A stretch of DNA of 63,614 nucleotides, filler included, from Bigelowiella natans CCMP2755 (taxonomy: Eukaryota > Protista > Cercozoa), in NCBI GenBank assembly GCA_000320545.1. It is 12 parts of 12 records of this genome, joined end to end, with 100 filler letters (N's around TTAATTAATTAA, not from the genome) between each part and the next. Parts side by side here need not be neighbours in the genome. Positions count along the whole stretch, not along the records: positions 1 to 7,887 come from ADNK01002709.1; positions 7,988 to 15,130 come from ADNK01003168.1; 10 more parts are not named here. The stretch is one strand, 5' to 3'. Under the pieces are notes generated by a model. The model searched no databases. It was not told the origin of the DNA and saw only the letters and a list, made by a program, of their open reading frames with translations. This document shows positions 1 through 11,808 of the stretch, one piece after another (the first letter of the stretch is position 1; the number at the start of each line of letters is the position of its first letter). Both the position numbers and the translations under genes were made by a program.

Positions 1-298
1 TTGTTCCTTCGGAGCGTCGTGATGTCGCTGAATCAGTACTTTACGCTCTGGGAGAGTGGAGCCTTGCAACGAAGAGTAAGCCCCTTCGAATTTACAGATA
101 ACGGACACGCATCTGTTCGCCAAAGGTCAGAATCAGTCTCAAGCTCTCGTAATTCGAAGCCCCGAGTCTCCCTCTCACCTCATTCATCGGTAAGATTTTG
201 TACAGTTGTCAAAACGTTCAAAAGCCCTCCCGATGTGGTGATCCGGGGTGGTATAATGTATCAGACGTAGGAGTTGTTTCTAATATTATATATATATA

Positions 299-359
<61 letters not shown>

Positions 360-464
360 GCTTCTTCCAAAAGGACTGAAGATGGATTTATTTGATTTGA
401 AAACTTGTATTTATATATAATAATATTGAAATGTGATAGTCTTATGCCCCTTTGGAATCGACAG

Positions 465-629
465 CTGGTGTAAGGTCATCAACATGTGAAATACTTGATT
501 TTTTGTTGTTTTCTTTAATTGAGCCCCCTAGTTCCTTCTATCTTTCCACTCTTCGCCTCCCCCCCCCCCTCCCCCCCCTTCGTCTCTACCTCCATTGCTG
601 GTCAAGCAGAAATCATACAAACTCACATG

Positions 630-687
<58 letters not shown>

Positions 688-693
688 GTAGAG

Positions 694-745
<52 letters not shown>

Positions 746-1624
746 AATGATTGTGCGTATTCCATTGGAAGTTGCAAAAAATGTGTATAAATAGTACAAA
801 TGATAGTAATAACATGTGCTGCACGCGCTTGTGCACTGTCTATGCAGGGCCCTTCCCAACCGCACCGCAGAAGGCTCGATTCCTATCTGCGACAGAATAG
901 GCACGCTCAGCAACGGCACCCCCTTCTGGGTAAAAATCCTAGGATCTAATCGGCTCGCAGTATGGCGCCGCTTTTAGAGTTGATATCGTGGCGTTATGCG
1001 CGATGTGAATTGCTATTCTCTCTCTCCCATCCGCCAATCTAAGTCGCCCTTTGATTTGTTGATAAAGGTCTTGACCGGCCTCGGCTCTCGTGGGCTGCTC
1101 TACCATGCATACCTTTCGAGACTCCTCGCGTCCGCGGTAACAACAATAATCCATATGAAGCACATCCGAACCACGATGATTGAGAAACACCAGCGCATAT
1201 CACACGTACGCACGCACGCGCGCACATAGATGCAATGATATTGATATAAGATATATGCATTTTGCCATATACATTTTTTATATGTCATTCCTCTCTTACC
1301 CTGCCCTCCTGCCCCCCCCCCCTCCCATTAATACAGATACTGGACAACAATGCGTCGAAATTGCCATCGGCCGTGGCGCGGCTGAACGGTGGCAACGGGA
1401 GGGGGGATCTTGCAAACACTAAGGGCCCTGATGAGAAACGAGGGAAATCTCCAATGGAAAAATCAGGAAAATCCCGCAGCAATATTAGTGACTTGCTTAG
1501 GAGCAGAAACATCGATAGCGTCGATAATACCCATGAGCGCTACGAGAAGAATGCCGACCGAAACGGCGGTCAGCACGCTTTGCCTGACGACTACGACGAT
1601 AAGACACAAGCTTTTGGGCAATGA
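465..1624 (+). CDS. FAD-dependent oxidoreductase (DAO/MnmC-like), C-terminal exons; 5' part uncertain
   Basis: Hand-spliced exons 465-474, 848-929, ~1068-1136 and 1338-1624 give AGVRALPNRTAEGSIPICDRIG..PFW/VLTGLGSRGLLYHAYLSRLLASA/ILDNN. The GVRA and GLGSRGL motifs are typical of the C-terminus of DAO-family oxidoreductases. Confidence 0.7.
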
Positions 1625-2843
1625 TGAGCACCACAACATGAGGGGGGGTTTACTGCTTTATTTGTCGTGTATGTATGTCGCCATTCTCACGGTATAGGAA
1701 TGACAGAGATCGTCGACAAAAATTATGGCAGGTTTCAAAAACCAGCAACATCTAGAACATAACGACTGCATACGGTGGCGCGATGTCATCATAATAAGCA
1801 GAAGCTCATCAATCCAATCGCTGCATCTCTTGTATTGTGAAGCATGCGGCACTGCTACTTTAATTTCTAGCATTGTCATTGTTGCGACAGACATTGCTCT
1901 AGCCATTCTAGCATTTAGTTGCGCATGCATGCATGTGTGTGTGTGTGCATGTCTAGATGTGCATGCTAGCATGTACCCGCTGCTTTGCACAGCTAGACAG
2001 CTACATGAGTGATTTAGATTTCTACTAGCAACAAAAGGTCGGGTTGGTGGTTGCGAATCATTGAAATCTTTGTCTCATGCCCATCTGTTTTTTCCTTCGA
2101 AATACTCACTTCCAATCATTTTCTTGATCAAGCACTGGGCGAAATTTGCTAGCGTCCTGGAGGACGCATGCTAGCATGGGACCTGTGTATTGATTAAAAA
2201 GTGTGCAAAGAAACAGCAGCTTGCGAACGTGTTCATCGCGTCCTAGCTCGTCGTCGTGGCTTAACAGTGGCGCCTAAACTCACATTAATTGGTGATTCAA
2301 AAGAGCAGCGTAGCATGTTTTCCGTCGCATGTCTAGTTTCATTCACGCAGCATGTTGTCACAGTGTTATTCCATCTTCCGATGTGATCTAGATAATGCCG
2401 TTCATCAGAGCTCATTTTTCGCAAAGACTGTTTCCCAGTGTGCATGTGGACAGCCATGCTATTGCATGGGGAGCCAATCAATCGGCATGATTTTGAAGAT
2501 GTGCTTTGCATATTGCTTGCAGCACCAGCAGGCAGATCATGTTTTGTTTTCATGATTGTGAGCCGGCGATAAATGTTGCATCCCACGCTGCGCTGCACAG
2601 ATTGACACATCGCTGATGACGGACAATGTCTAAACGTACGTAGCTTTACAACGGACACAGCAGCATGCAAAAATTGCACGTGTCAAGTCAGTTCGTTTGC
2701 TGTTTAAGCAAACTAGATTAAAAACATAGTATGTGCTGTACGTTTTCTATTATCTAGCTACTCCGAGGGGAAGAGCAGTACATGAAGTACATGTTTCCAA
2801 CGATTGAAAGCCACATCCCGAAATCTACATTATCTTTGTAGTT

Positions 2844-3466
2844 TTCAACGCAATTGACTAAGGTAGGAAGCAGAACAACAGTTCCCGCGCCCTGCATGCT
2901 ACAACAAATAACATAAAATTATGCATTAGAGAACAAAAGTACCATGCACCAAGGGACGCATGGCGCAATCATATGGTAGAAGAAGGTCAAGTAATTGATG
3001 ACATACGGAACAAAATGATGAGACCTTGCAAGCCAGTGGTGGGAGACAAACTCATGGAAGCCAGGGCAGCAAGGTTCTCCAATAGAGGATGGACAATGAT
3101 GGACTACACATGGGAATCGACAGGATTACACCAAATCCGAGATGAAGAAACCAATACGTAATGTGATAAACGATTTTGGCATGCATGCACGTTCTTTTGT
3201 TAAAATGAGGTGTGGTTACACCCAGCATGGTGTGATATGGCACACTGGAGGGTTCAATTCCAACCCCATGCATATAATATACACACAATATATAAAACAA
3301 CCATATGCACAGTAACAAGTTGACGCTTCTCACGTTGTTGACATACCCCTCCAATTCAACGCAATTGACTAAAGGTAGGAAACAGAACAACAGTTCCCGC
3401 GCCCTGCATGCTACAACGAATAACATAAAATTTTACGTTAGAGAATAAAAGTACCATACACCAAGG
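2844..3466. repeat. Diverged ~110-bp direct repeat (2844-2954 and 3355-3466)
   Basis: ttcaacgcaattgacta..ggtagga..cagaacaacagttcccgcgccctgcatgctacaac..aataacataaaatt..ttagagaa.aaaagtaccat.caccaagg occurs twice. Confidence 0.95.
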
Positions 3467-3683
3467 AGAACGGACAAAAAGTGTACATTGACACATTGTC
3501 TATTTGTCTCACCCCCTAATGCAGAAATATCATGAAAATGAGCGATGCAAGGAACCGGGAGCGGGACACAAGCTGTCATACCCCCCTATAAACACCATGG
3601 CATGGTTCATATGATGTTAATAGGCAGTAGGTAGAAGATTGAGAGTGGGAAAGACGATATATAGACAAATGACCCGATATCAA

Positions 3684-3950
3684 TTTTCGGCCATAGAGTG
3701 CAACGAGGTCATTTTTAATTTCTGTTTTCGGCCATACAGTGTAACGAGCGAGTTTAAAATGACGAAAAAGTGCATTTTACCCCTCCTTCCCCCCCCCCCC
3801 GTATTCAGTTGTTTTAGACAATGAAAGAAAACTGAATGAAATGATGTTCTGGAACGTGTAAGTACTTTGTAGGCGTGTGCGCCCGCCCGGGACTAGTGGG
3901 TTGTGGACCGAGAAATTAATTCCGGAAAAAAGCGGCCATAGAGTGCAACA
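3684..3950. repeat. Three copies of a ~17-22 bp motif (cggccata[g/c]agtg[c/t]aac); possible relic of transposon subterminal repeats
   Basis: Copies start at ~3684, ~3725 and ~3933 in non-coding DNA. Confidence 0.6.
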
Positions 3951-4289
3951 TACTTTTCCTAGTAACAAAAAGTCAATTGAGGTCAATTTCGAAATCAGGT
4001 GCATTATTCACCAGAATTTATTTGACGCTCTGGTGAATGAATTAATTCGCTGGGAGGAAGGATGTATTGCACATTACTGACAATAGCCGGTTATTATACC
4101 AAAATATCGGCCGACAACTGACGAACTGACGTCAGCTGGGATCAGAGGTCTGTAAAAGGCATGTGAACTCTATTTGAGAAAAATAAATGACATTTATAAC
4201 TGATAATTCTCTTTTCCGGTATGAAACCCCAAGGCCTCGCCTGTCTCTCAACACCTCCCCTTCCGCTATTCCGCATCTTTTATTGGCCC

Positions 4290-4341
<52 letters not shown>

Positions 4342-5389
4342 CTCCCTCCTAGCCCTTCCTTCTTCTCTGCAGCTTTTGTTGTCAAACTTGCCATTACCAG
4401 ATAAAGGAGGTGAAAATAACTGATTATTATTTTTAGAATATTTTTTTTTTTGGGGGCTATTGGCTTGGAAAGTTTCCTCCCTTCTTATTGTTGTCATTTC
4501 CTTTTTTGAAACTTGTCCTCTTGTCCTTTGTTCCTCCTTCCTTCCCTAAGCTTCCTCTTATACCCGGAAATATTTATCAAAACTGCCTTTTTTTTTTTAT
4601 CGATACGAAATAGCATGGCCTCACTTGCCAACAGCGCTCATGTCATGTCCACTTGTCTCTTCCATTGTGTGTTTCATGCATTCAAAAGCATCTGTTTCCG
4701 GTCGTCGATCTAGCGATGTCGTGCAGTGCGTGCAACAGTTCTTGCCTCTTTTTCTGCTTCAGTAAGTGGCTATGACTACGTACATTGAAAAGATTTAATC
4801 ACTTCATTACATCACACCCGTCTCACATGCACACGGCATGCTAGCATGCTGTTGGCATGCCAAGCTGCCTCCGTCATTGCATTGCTAGATTGGGGCAAGC
4901 TGCAAGCACGTCTAGCTAGCTAGCTAGTGTGTTGCAGCTACTACATCGCCATGGATAACCAGCTGCTAAAGCTGGCCAGGCTACTGCTGCTGCTGCTACT
5001 GCTTCTGCTGCTCTAGCCTAGTAGCGACTCTACTGCCTGCTTGCTAGCTTGCCTGCTGTCTAGCTGTGTTGATCTCCACAGCTGCTAGCATGCATGTCTA
5101 GCTAGCTAGCTAGGTGTCGCCAGCGATGTGACCACATGTGAGCAATGATGACAACCACACATCTCACGGCCGAGACATCAACTTTATTATTGATGTTTAT
5201 TTGTTAGCAATGACGGCATTGCCCGATGAAGAGCATGCATTGCCGCGGTGCTGCTAACCCGCAGACCCGGCTAGCACACAGTAATGTACAGGGCGAGATG
5301 AAATGAGCACGGAACGCTTTCGTGCGTCTTTCGGCGGCACGCGTACGCTCCCCTACTTATTTCCACGCTTTGCTGGCGAGGCGGACTTG

Positions 5390-5777
5390 TTACTGTCCAC
5401 GCACGACTTTGAAGTCGGAGACGACCCCGTCCAAATTCTCACTGACAGCCTTTGACGAGCCCCGTTTGGTGTAATCAGCGTCGTCATTATCATCAGCGTC
5501 GCCGCCGCCTTGCTTTGCAGCAGCTACCACTTCTTCGAGCTCTAAGTTCTTCTCGTTGCAGAGATGGAGCACGCAAATGAAGCAGAAGGGCACCGTCGTG
5601 TGCGCGAGGTGCGGGCCCTGCGTGGTGGTGATAATAAAGGATGGTGTTGATGTTGTACGTCGTGTATGAAGAATGCGGTGCACGTGGCTGGGTGGGATGT
5701 GCGTGCGTGTGTGTGTGTGTGTGTGCGTGTGCGTATGTGACCAAAAAAAGAGTGAGAAGGAGAGGGGGAGAGGGGGT

Positions 5778-5834
<57 letters not shown>

Positions 5835-6237
5835 AAGGAAGTTGGAATATAATAAAAAGGCAAATCACATGCACACGCGCACAAACGTAAAACCCTACAC
5901 AAGCACATTATCATATTCCGTAAAGCGCCAAAGAGACGATAAAAACGAGAGAGTCTAGTAGTAGTAGCATGCCTACCGCAAGCTTCCCCTTCAAGTTGTT
6001 AAGGAGGCCCGAAAAACTCTGAGAAGGCGCACAGGCTTCAACCTCCCCATCACCATCATTATGTCCTTCCTCCTTTGGCGCGGTTGGCGGCGCCGCCTTT
6101 TTCTCCCCTTTCGCCTCCTTTTCCTCCTTGCCCTCTTGGTCAAGGGAGGCCCAGATCTTCTTCTTCAGTGCTAGCACGTTCACAGATTTAACGAATTTCG
6201 CGTACTTTATCTGCACCTTCTCCACTTTCTATGATGG

Positions 6238-6301
<64 letters not shown>

Positions 6302-6732
6302 TTACATATCTGTATTGTAAGAAGAAGATGGCAACGACGACGATGCAGACAGCGAAGAAACATATAATCCAAGAAAGCTATTATCATTTTCATAATTTTC
6401 ATCATCATCATCATCATCATCATCATCGTCGTCGTCGTCGTCGTGCGGAGAGGAGAATCACTTTTGGCTGTGCGACGAGGTTGAGTTGGCCACTGCAGTT
6501 ATCGTTGATAAGCCCCTTGCTTTTGGCATCTTGATGACTTGCAAGAGGGCCTTGACCATCACCTCCCTGCTGGTTGGCGGTGGTGGCGGTGCGGTGGTGT
6601 TTTCGTACGTACAAAGGAGCAGAGAGAAGGTGCGAACATTAGCGTGCGGATCTCATACAAAGAGGAAAAACAAGAACGACAGAACGGCCGCAACATGTCG
6701 CAGGAGATCGATCGATCAATCCTCGCTTTTCG

Positions 6733-6771
<39 letters not shown>

Positions 6772-6775
6772 CGCG

Positions 6776-6814
<39 letters not shown>

Positions 6815-7069
6815 TATTATTGATAGAAATGCAACCTGATAAAGCCCCGCCCCGTTGTCTCCTCCCCCCCCCCTCCAAAGTCGTTGAAGGAGTCATCATC
6901 CTCTCCATCGGCGCCTCCAATGATAGCATCGTCGTTGTCATCGTCGATATCGTCATCGTCGTCCATGATTCCATAGGCGAAGCTGTCCTCTCCTACTTGG
7001 CCAAAAAGTACGTTTCTGCTTAAGTCATCTATGCACACTCACACACTCTCTCTCTCCATGTATATATAT

Positions 7070-7161
<92 letters not shown>

Positions 7162-7379
7162 CGCAAACAAAGCCGCCCTGCTCCTTCGCTACAGCAGCAC
7201 CTGCTCGCCTCCTCCTTTCATCATCATCTGGGATTGACCCCGGGGAGCAATAGAGAGACATCTGCAGCAGCAGGGCACCATGCATGCAGCAAAACAGCAG
7301 CACACCGGTGAGCCAAGTACTGCATACAACAATGCTAACCGGAAGGAGGAAGAAGAACGACTCTCGTCACGGACTCGCT

Positions 7380-7414
<35 letters not shown>

Positions 7415-7456
7415 TAATTATGAACAGATTATCTGCAACCCCCTCCCCCCGGCCGC

Positions 7457-7489
<33 letters not shown>

Positions 7490-7646
7490 TGATATGTTAA
7501 AACTTTTCACACGATCTTAGCCATGTAGGCGGTAATAGTAGTTAGTAGTAGTAGTAGTAGTAGTAGTAGTAGGTTACCTGCTCTCCTCGCATTGAGATTA
7601 ACATCGTCGGTTTGGTGAAGAGTTGTCGTAACTTCACCTCATCGTA
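5390..7646 (-). CDS. NCAPH: Condensin I kleisin subunit CAP-H (Barren/Cnd2), 3' part; 5' part lost at gap
   Basis: Spliced exons give YDEVKLRQLFTKP..., LVAQPK/KVEKVQIKYAKFVKSVNVLALKKKIWASL and GPHLAHTTVPFCFICVLHLCNEKNLEL, matching the Cnd2 C-terminal kleisin motifs. Confidence 0.9.
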
Positions 7647-7675
7647 CTACATACAGCAGCAGCAGCAGCAGCATT

Positions 7676-7710
<35 letters not shown>

Positions 7711-7782
7711 ATGGTAGATGTAATGGTTGACGATGCGTAAGTGATGGCATGATGGCATTTCTGTGTGATATATTTACCATTT

Positions 7783-7816
<34 letters not shown>

Positions 7817-7838
7817 TCTCTCCTTTCATGGAAATGCT

Positions 7839-7879
<41 letters not shown>

Positions 7880-7887
7880 CACCTGCA

Positions 7888-7987
7888 NNNNNNNNNNNNN
7901 NNNNNNNNNNNNNNNNNNNNNNNNNNNNNNNTTAATTAATTAANNNNNNNNNNNNNNNNNNNNNNNNNNNNNNNNNNNNNNNNNNNN
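7888..7987. other. Artificial contig spacer; also at 15131, 25518, 31256, 32442, 38865, 40255, 53314, 54876, 57278 and 61093
   Basis: 100-nt N run with a central TTAATTAATTAA (stops in all six frames), identical each time. Confidence 0.98.
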
Positions 7988-8379
7988 TCGGATCCTCCTC
8001 CTCCTCCTCCTGGGGGAGAACAATGATTTTGACTTCGGTTGTCCTCCTCCTCCTACTTTTAATTCTAGAATTTGGTCATGGTGGGACGACTACCTATAAG
8101 ATTTATACTTGCAAACTTGCTGCTGCTGCTGGTGGTGGTGGTGGAGATGCTGCCGGTGGTTGAATGAGTGCCAATGTGCTTTTCTACCTATTTTCCACGA
8201 CCCAAAAAAAGATAACAGCAAAACGACAACTAATCCTCTACTCCTATTATTACTATTACTCTCTCTTTCTCTCTCTCTCTCTCTCTCACTAGGAGGGAGG
8301 GAGGGAGGCAAGGAGGAGATAGTTGCTCTTCCATTATCTCTCTACACCTCAATTTACTCTTCCTAAATGCTACATATAT

Positions 8380-8422
<43 letters not shown>

Positions 8423-8451
8423 CAAACGATCAAACAACTTACTCTTCTAAG

Positions 8452-9540
8452 GCGGGTAAGGACATGTTCGGGCTAACAGCTTTACACAAATTTGCAAGGT
8501 ATGAGTAATATGTGTGTGTTTTGTATGTAGATAGGAAGGGTACTACTGTATAGCTGATAATATGATGAGAGGATGATGTAATATGAATATGGAGGGCACA
8601 CAAAAAAAGAAACAAAGTAATGTAACCCAAAACTACTAATTAATAATGTAGGATATGTGCAAAAGAGATTGTCTGATAGAGTCTGCATATTACTCACGCA
8701 TTACAAATCTACCTGAAAGAAGAATTTGTTGATAAAAATAAAGAAGGTACATGCTGCATCATTTGTAATGGTTCACCACCTTGTTTGCGTAGTTGGAATA
8801 AAACGGATTTAATAGAGGCGATTGCCCCCCACCTCACGGGGCCTCAATTCAACCAGCAGGTAGTAACAAGTACTATAATGATAATAATAATAATAACAAT
8901 AATGATAATAATAATGAGTGGGAGAGGAGGGTGTGAGGAGGATGCATGCATGTATCTATCTATCTAACTAACTAACTAACTAGCTACCACAAGATTAGAT
9001 TTCCTTCCCATCCTTAGTCATGAAGAGAGTTCTGGCTACTCTCATCATCCATCGTTTCATATAGATGAATGCTTGCAAACTGCTATTCTTCATCAAAGCC
9101 ATGCTCCATCATTTTGATGTCTATTTTTAAAGTTTTATTTGTTTTTGTTATCGCTTGAGAAACCAACCCACTCGTTCGAAATTATGAAAATTATTCCTGT
9201 TTGTCCAGACGCCGAAAGAAAAAGATACTGCTTTGCATCTCGCTGTCAAGATGGGAGCAGCTCGCGCCGTCTTCATGCTTGTATCATCGCCCAAAATCGA
9301 TATATGTAACAAAAGCCTAATTAATAATATTTGTCCATCTAAGCAATATAAATCAAACGTTGATTTGAATATATTTTCTTAGCAATCAGAAACAAAAAGA
9401 ATGAAACAGCTCTGGAAGTTGCACAAGGGGTTTATGGAAGAAGTAATACCTGCAAAGACGACGATGCTCCAATGTCACAGATATTTCTATGTTTATCATC
9501 TGCCTTCAAACAGCTCAATAAGAAGGATGATTTAACATGA
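8452..9540 (+). CDS. Ankyrin-repeat protein (3' exons)
   Basis: Exons 8452-8498, 8793-8859, 9209-9305 and 9383-9540 give GKDMFGLTALHKFASWNKTDLIE..KDTALHLAVKMGAARAVFMLV..KIDISIRNKKNETALEVAQ; intron phases are consistent. Confidence 0.85.
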
Positions 9541-9643
9541 TGTATCATGTACGTCGTAGCACGAGCACGGTGGCTATATGTAAAACAGTGCGGTAACAAG
9601 CACTCCAGTACAAGCATCATCGCTAGCCTTGCACTGGGTGTGT

Positions 9644-9685
<42 letters not shown>

Positions 9686-10334
9686 TACCGTGGCATCACA
9701 CCATGCATGCACGCCGTACATGTCGCACGATATAAACGAGCATGCAGCAGTTTATTAATTGGACCTCATTGCATCGGCACATTGCTTGCCTTGCCAGTCA
9801 TGCAAGCTGTGCACATTATTACTAATTGCCATATAGATTACCAAACTGCTATCGTGTATCATGTTCGGCTGCAGTGCTTACACGTCATCGCGTTCGCTGC
9901 TCATATGACACCCGCAGCTGCAAGCGCCCCACATAATAATTACGCGAGACTATGTCACACATTAGGTTCGATGTGTAACTATAGACACAGTATATATTAT
10001 ATATATTATATTTGTTGTATTTATTTTGCTGAAACTAATTTGCGCCCATACGCATGCACGCGAATAACAGTTGCATGTACCACACGCGACACACACACTC
10101 GTCTAGTCGTGTATCTGTGTAGCCGTAGCTTTGCACAGCTACATTAGGATAACCATGGAAAAACGTAATTATTTTCATTACATCCGTCTAATAATTTGTG
10201 CAGGTGTGATGTCATATAAGATCATTGTGCAAATGAACTGTTTCGATTCCATTCCGATGACGCTCAATTATTCCCAAGCGATACAATATGAATGGTAACA
10301 TCACTTGATCATCACTTAATTTGTATGCGTAATT

Positions 10335-10836
10335 TCATTTCATTGCTTTTTTATCTTTAGAAACAATTTTCAAATACTCTACTCTCGGAAGCTGCACATC
10401 TTCTCCTGAAGCATTTTTGACATTTTCAAACTTTGGATCCTTAATGATAAACTCCCAGGAGTCGATTACATTTTTGAAGGAATGTATATCACCCTAAATA
10501 TCATCGGTTACGTTAGACTGAAAAGATCTGGTTGATTAATAAACAGAAGTTAGCCTCTTACCGATATGGCAACCTTCTTCTCACTGCCACTCTTAAGTTT
10601 CTCAAAACTCTTATATATGCTCTGATTAAAAAAAACAAAAAATATGATTTTAAGACTGCGGCTTTGGAATTAGCTGCAGAGATAATTTTATTAGAAATCA
10701 ACTCGAATAGAACCTCATCAAAGTACTTCAGAAGCTTGTTCGCTTCATCCTCATCAAGATGCTCATCCTCGACCATTTTTTGAAGGGTGAGCACTAAACC
10801 CTTTCTAAATGCTGTTTCGGAATAAAAGTTTTCCAT
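10335..10836 (-). CDS. GTF2A2: Transcription initiation factor IIA gamma (small) subunit, 3 exons
   Basis: MENFYSETAFRKGLVLTLQKMVEDEHLDEDEANKLLKYFDE/SIYKSFEKL..KVAIS/GDIHSFKNVIDSWEFIIKDPKF..YLKIVSKDKK*. Length, helical N-half (FD motif) and beta C-half (W-x-F, LKIV) match TFIIA-gamma/TOA2. Confidence 0.8.
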
Positions 10837-11220
10837 TAGAGCCCCTGCTCACACGCTTTGTTCTTTTTTAATTTCACGTCTCGGTCTGTCGAGGACGTGT
10901 CGGGAAGGCGCCTCTTCCTCCCCCGTTCGAGTTTTCGTGGTTTGGTGTTATGAAAGTAAGAAATAAGAGATGTTCATTGCAATCTGCGTACTTGATTGGG
11001 TGTTACATTACATTAATTTTCCATCTTCTTAATTGTTGTCGCATTAAAAATAACCAGATTAAATCAACCGTACATGCAGCAAATAGTTGCAAGGATGTGC
11101 TGAATTAACTGGTCCAAACTCTGTTGTCGCAGTGGTGTTTTCAAGGGAATTTCATGCGTTGTGGTTCAGGGGTGCGACTTCACGTTGCCGCTGCTGGCAA
11201 TGCTGTTCCATGAATCGCGT

Positions 11221-11808
11221 TCGAGACACTGCGTTTCGCACACTGCAAATGTCTTGCAACATTTTGGAAACGCAGTTCATCATCATTGTTCATTGTTCAT
11301 TGTTCCACAACAGCCATGAATGGATGATGCCAATTTTCAAACCTGGCTGGTTTCACCAGCCAGTCCTCACTGGCACTGAAGCTGGTTCGAGGCACTGCAC
11401 TTCGCACTTTGCAAGTGTTCTGCAACACCACGTGGTCCATCATCAAGTTCTTTCTTTTTTTCTTCATTGTCCTTTCAATTTGGCCAACGAAAGCAACTGA
11501 TGCACAAGCAATGAACGTGTTCCGAGAGGGTCTTGGGAGGACAAGTGGGTGAACGAACGAAACTCAAACCGATTCGGTTGGAGCAGTCGAAATGAGAAGG
11601 ACGTGTCAGAACGAAAAAAGTGTGCTTTGGAGCTTCCAACGTTGCGTTTCGTTCACCAACTCGTCCTTGCAAGTCCACCATCGGAACTGTTTCACTTGGC
11701 ACGTCACCACAGTGTTCCATCACAACGAACAACGAACAATGATGACAAACTGCACTTCCAAAGTGTTGCAAGACACGCACTTGCAATGTGCGAAACGCAG
11801 TGCCTCAC
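11221..11808. mobile_element. MITE-like element bounded by ~80-85 bp imperfect inverted repeats (11221-11305 and ~11724-11808); a partial extra copy at ~11361-11428
   Basis: gagacactgcgtttcgcacactgcaaatgtcttgcaacattttggaaa... is the reverse complement of ...ttccaaagtgttgcaagac..ttgcaatgtgcgaaacgcagtgcctc. No coding capacity. Same family at ~23591-23694. Confidence 0.55.

Noticed and set aside
528-919. ORFs with SLSL/THTH/YIYI/CVCV runs here and throughout the window
   Set aside because: Translations of intronic dinucleotide microsatellites.
3684-3950. Spaced short repeats as a CRISPR-like array
   Set aside because: Only three degenerate copies with irregular spacing, in a eukaryotic context with no cas genes.
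7888-7987. Recurrent TTAATTAATTAA palindrome flanked by N
   Set aside because: Artificial contig linker. Adjacency across these spacers is not trusted.
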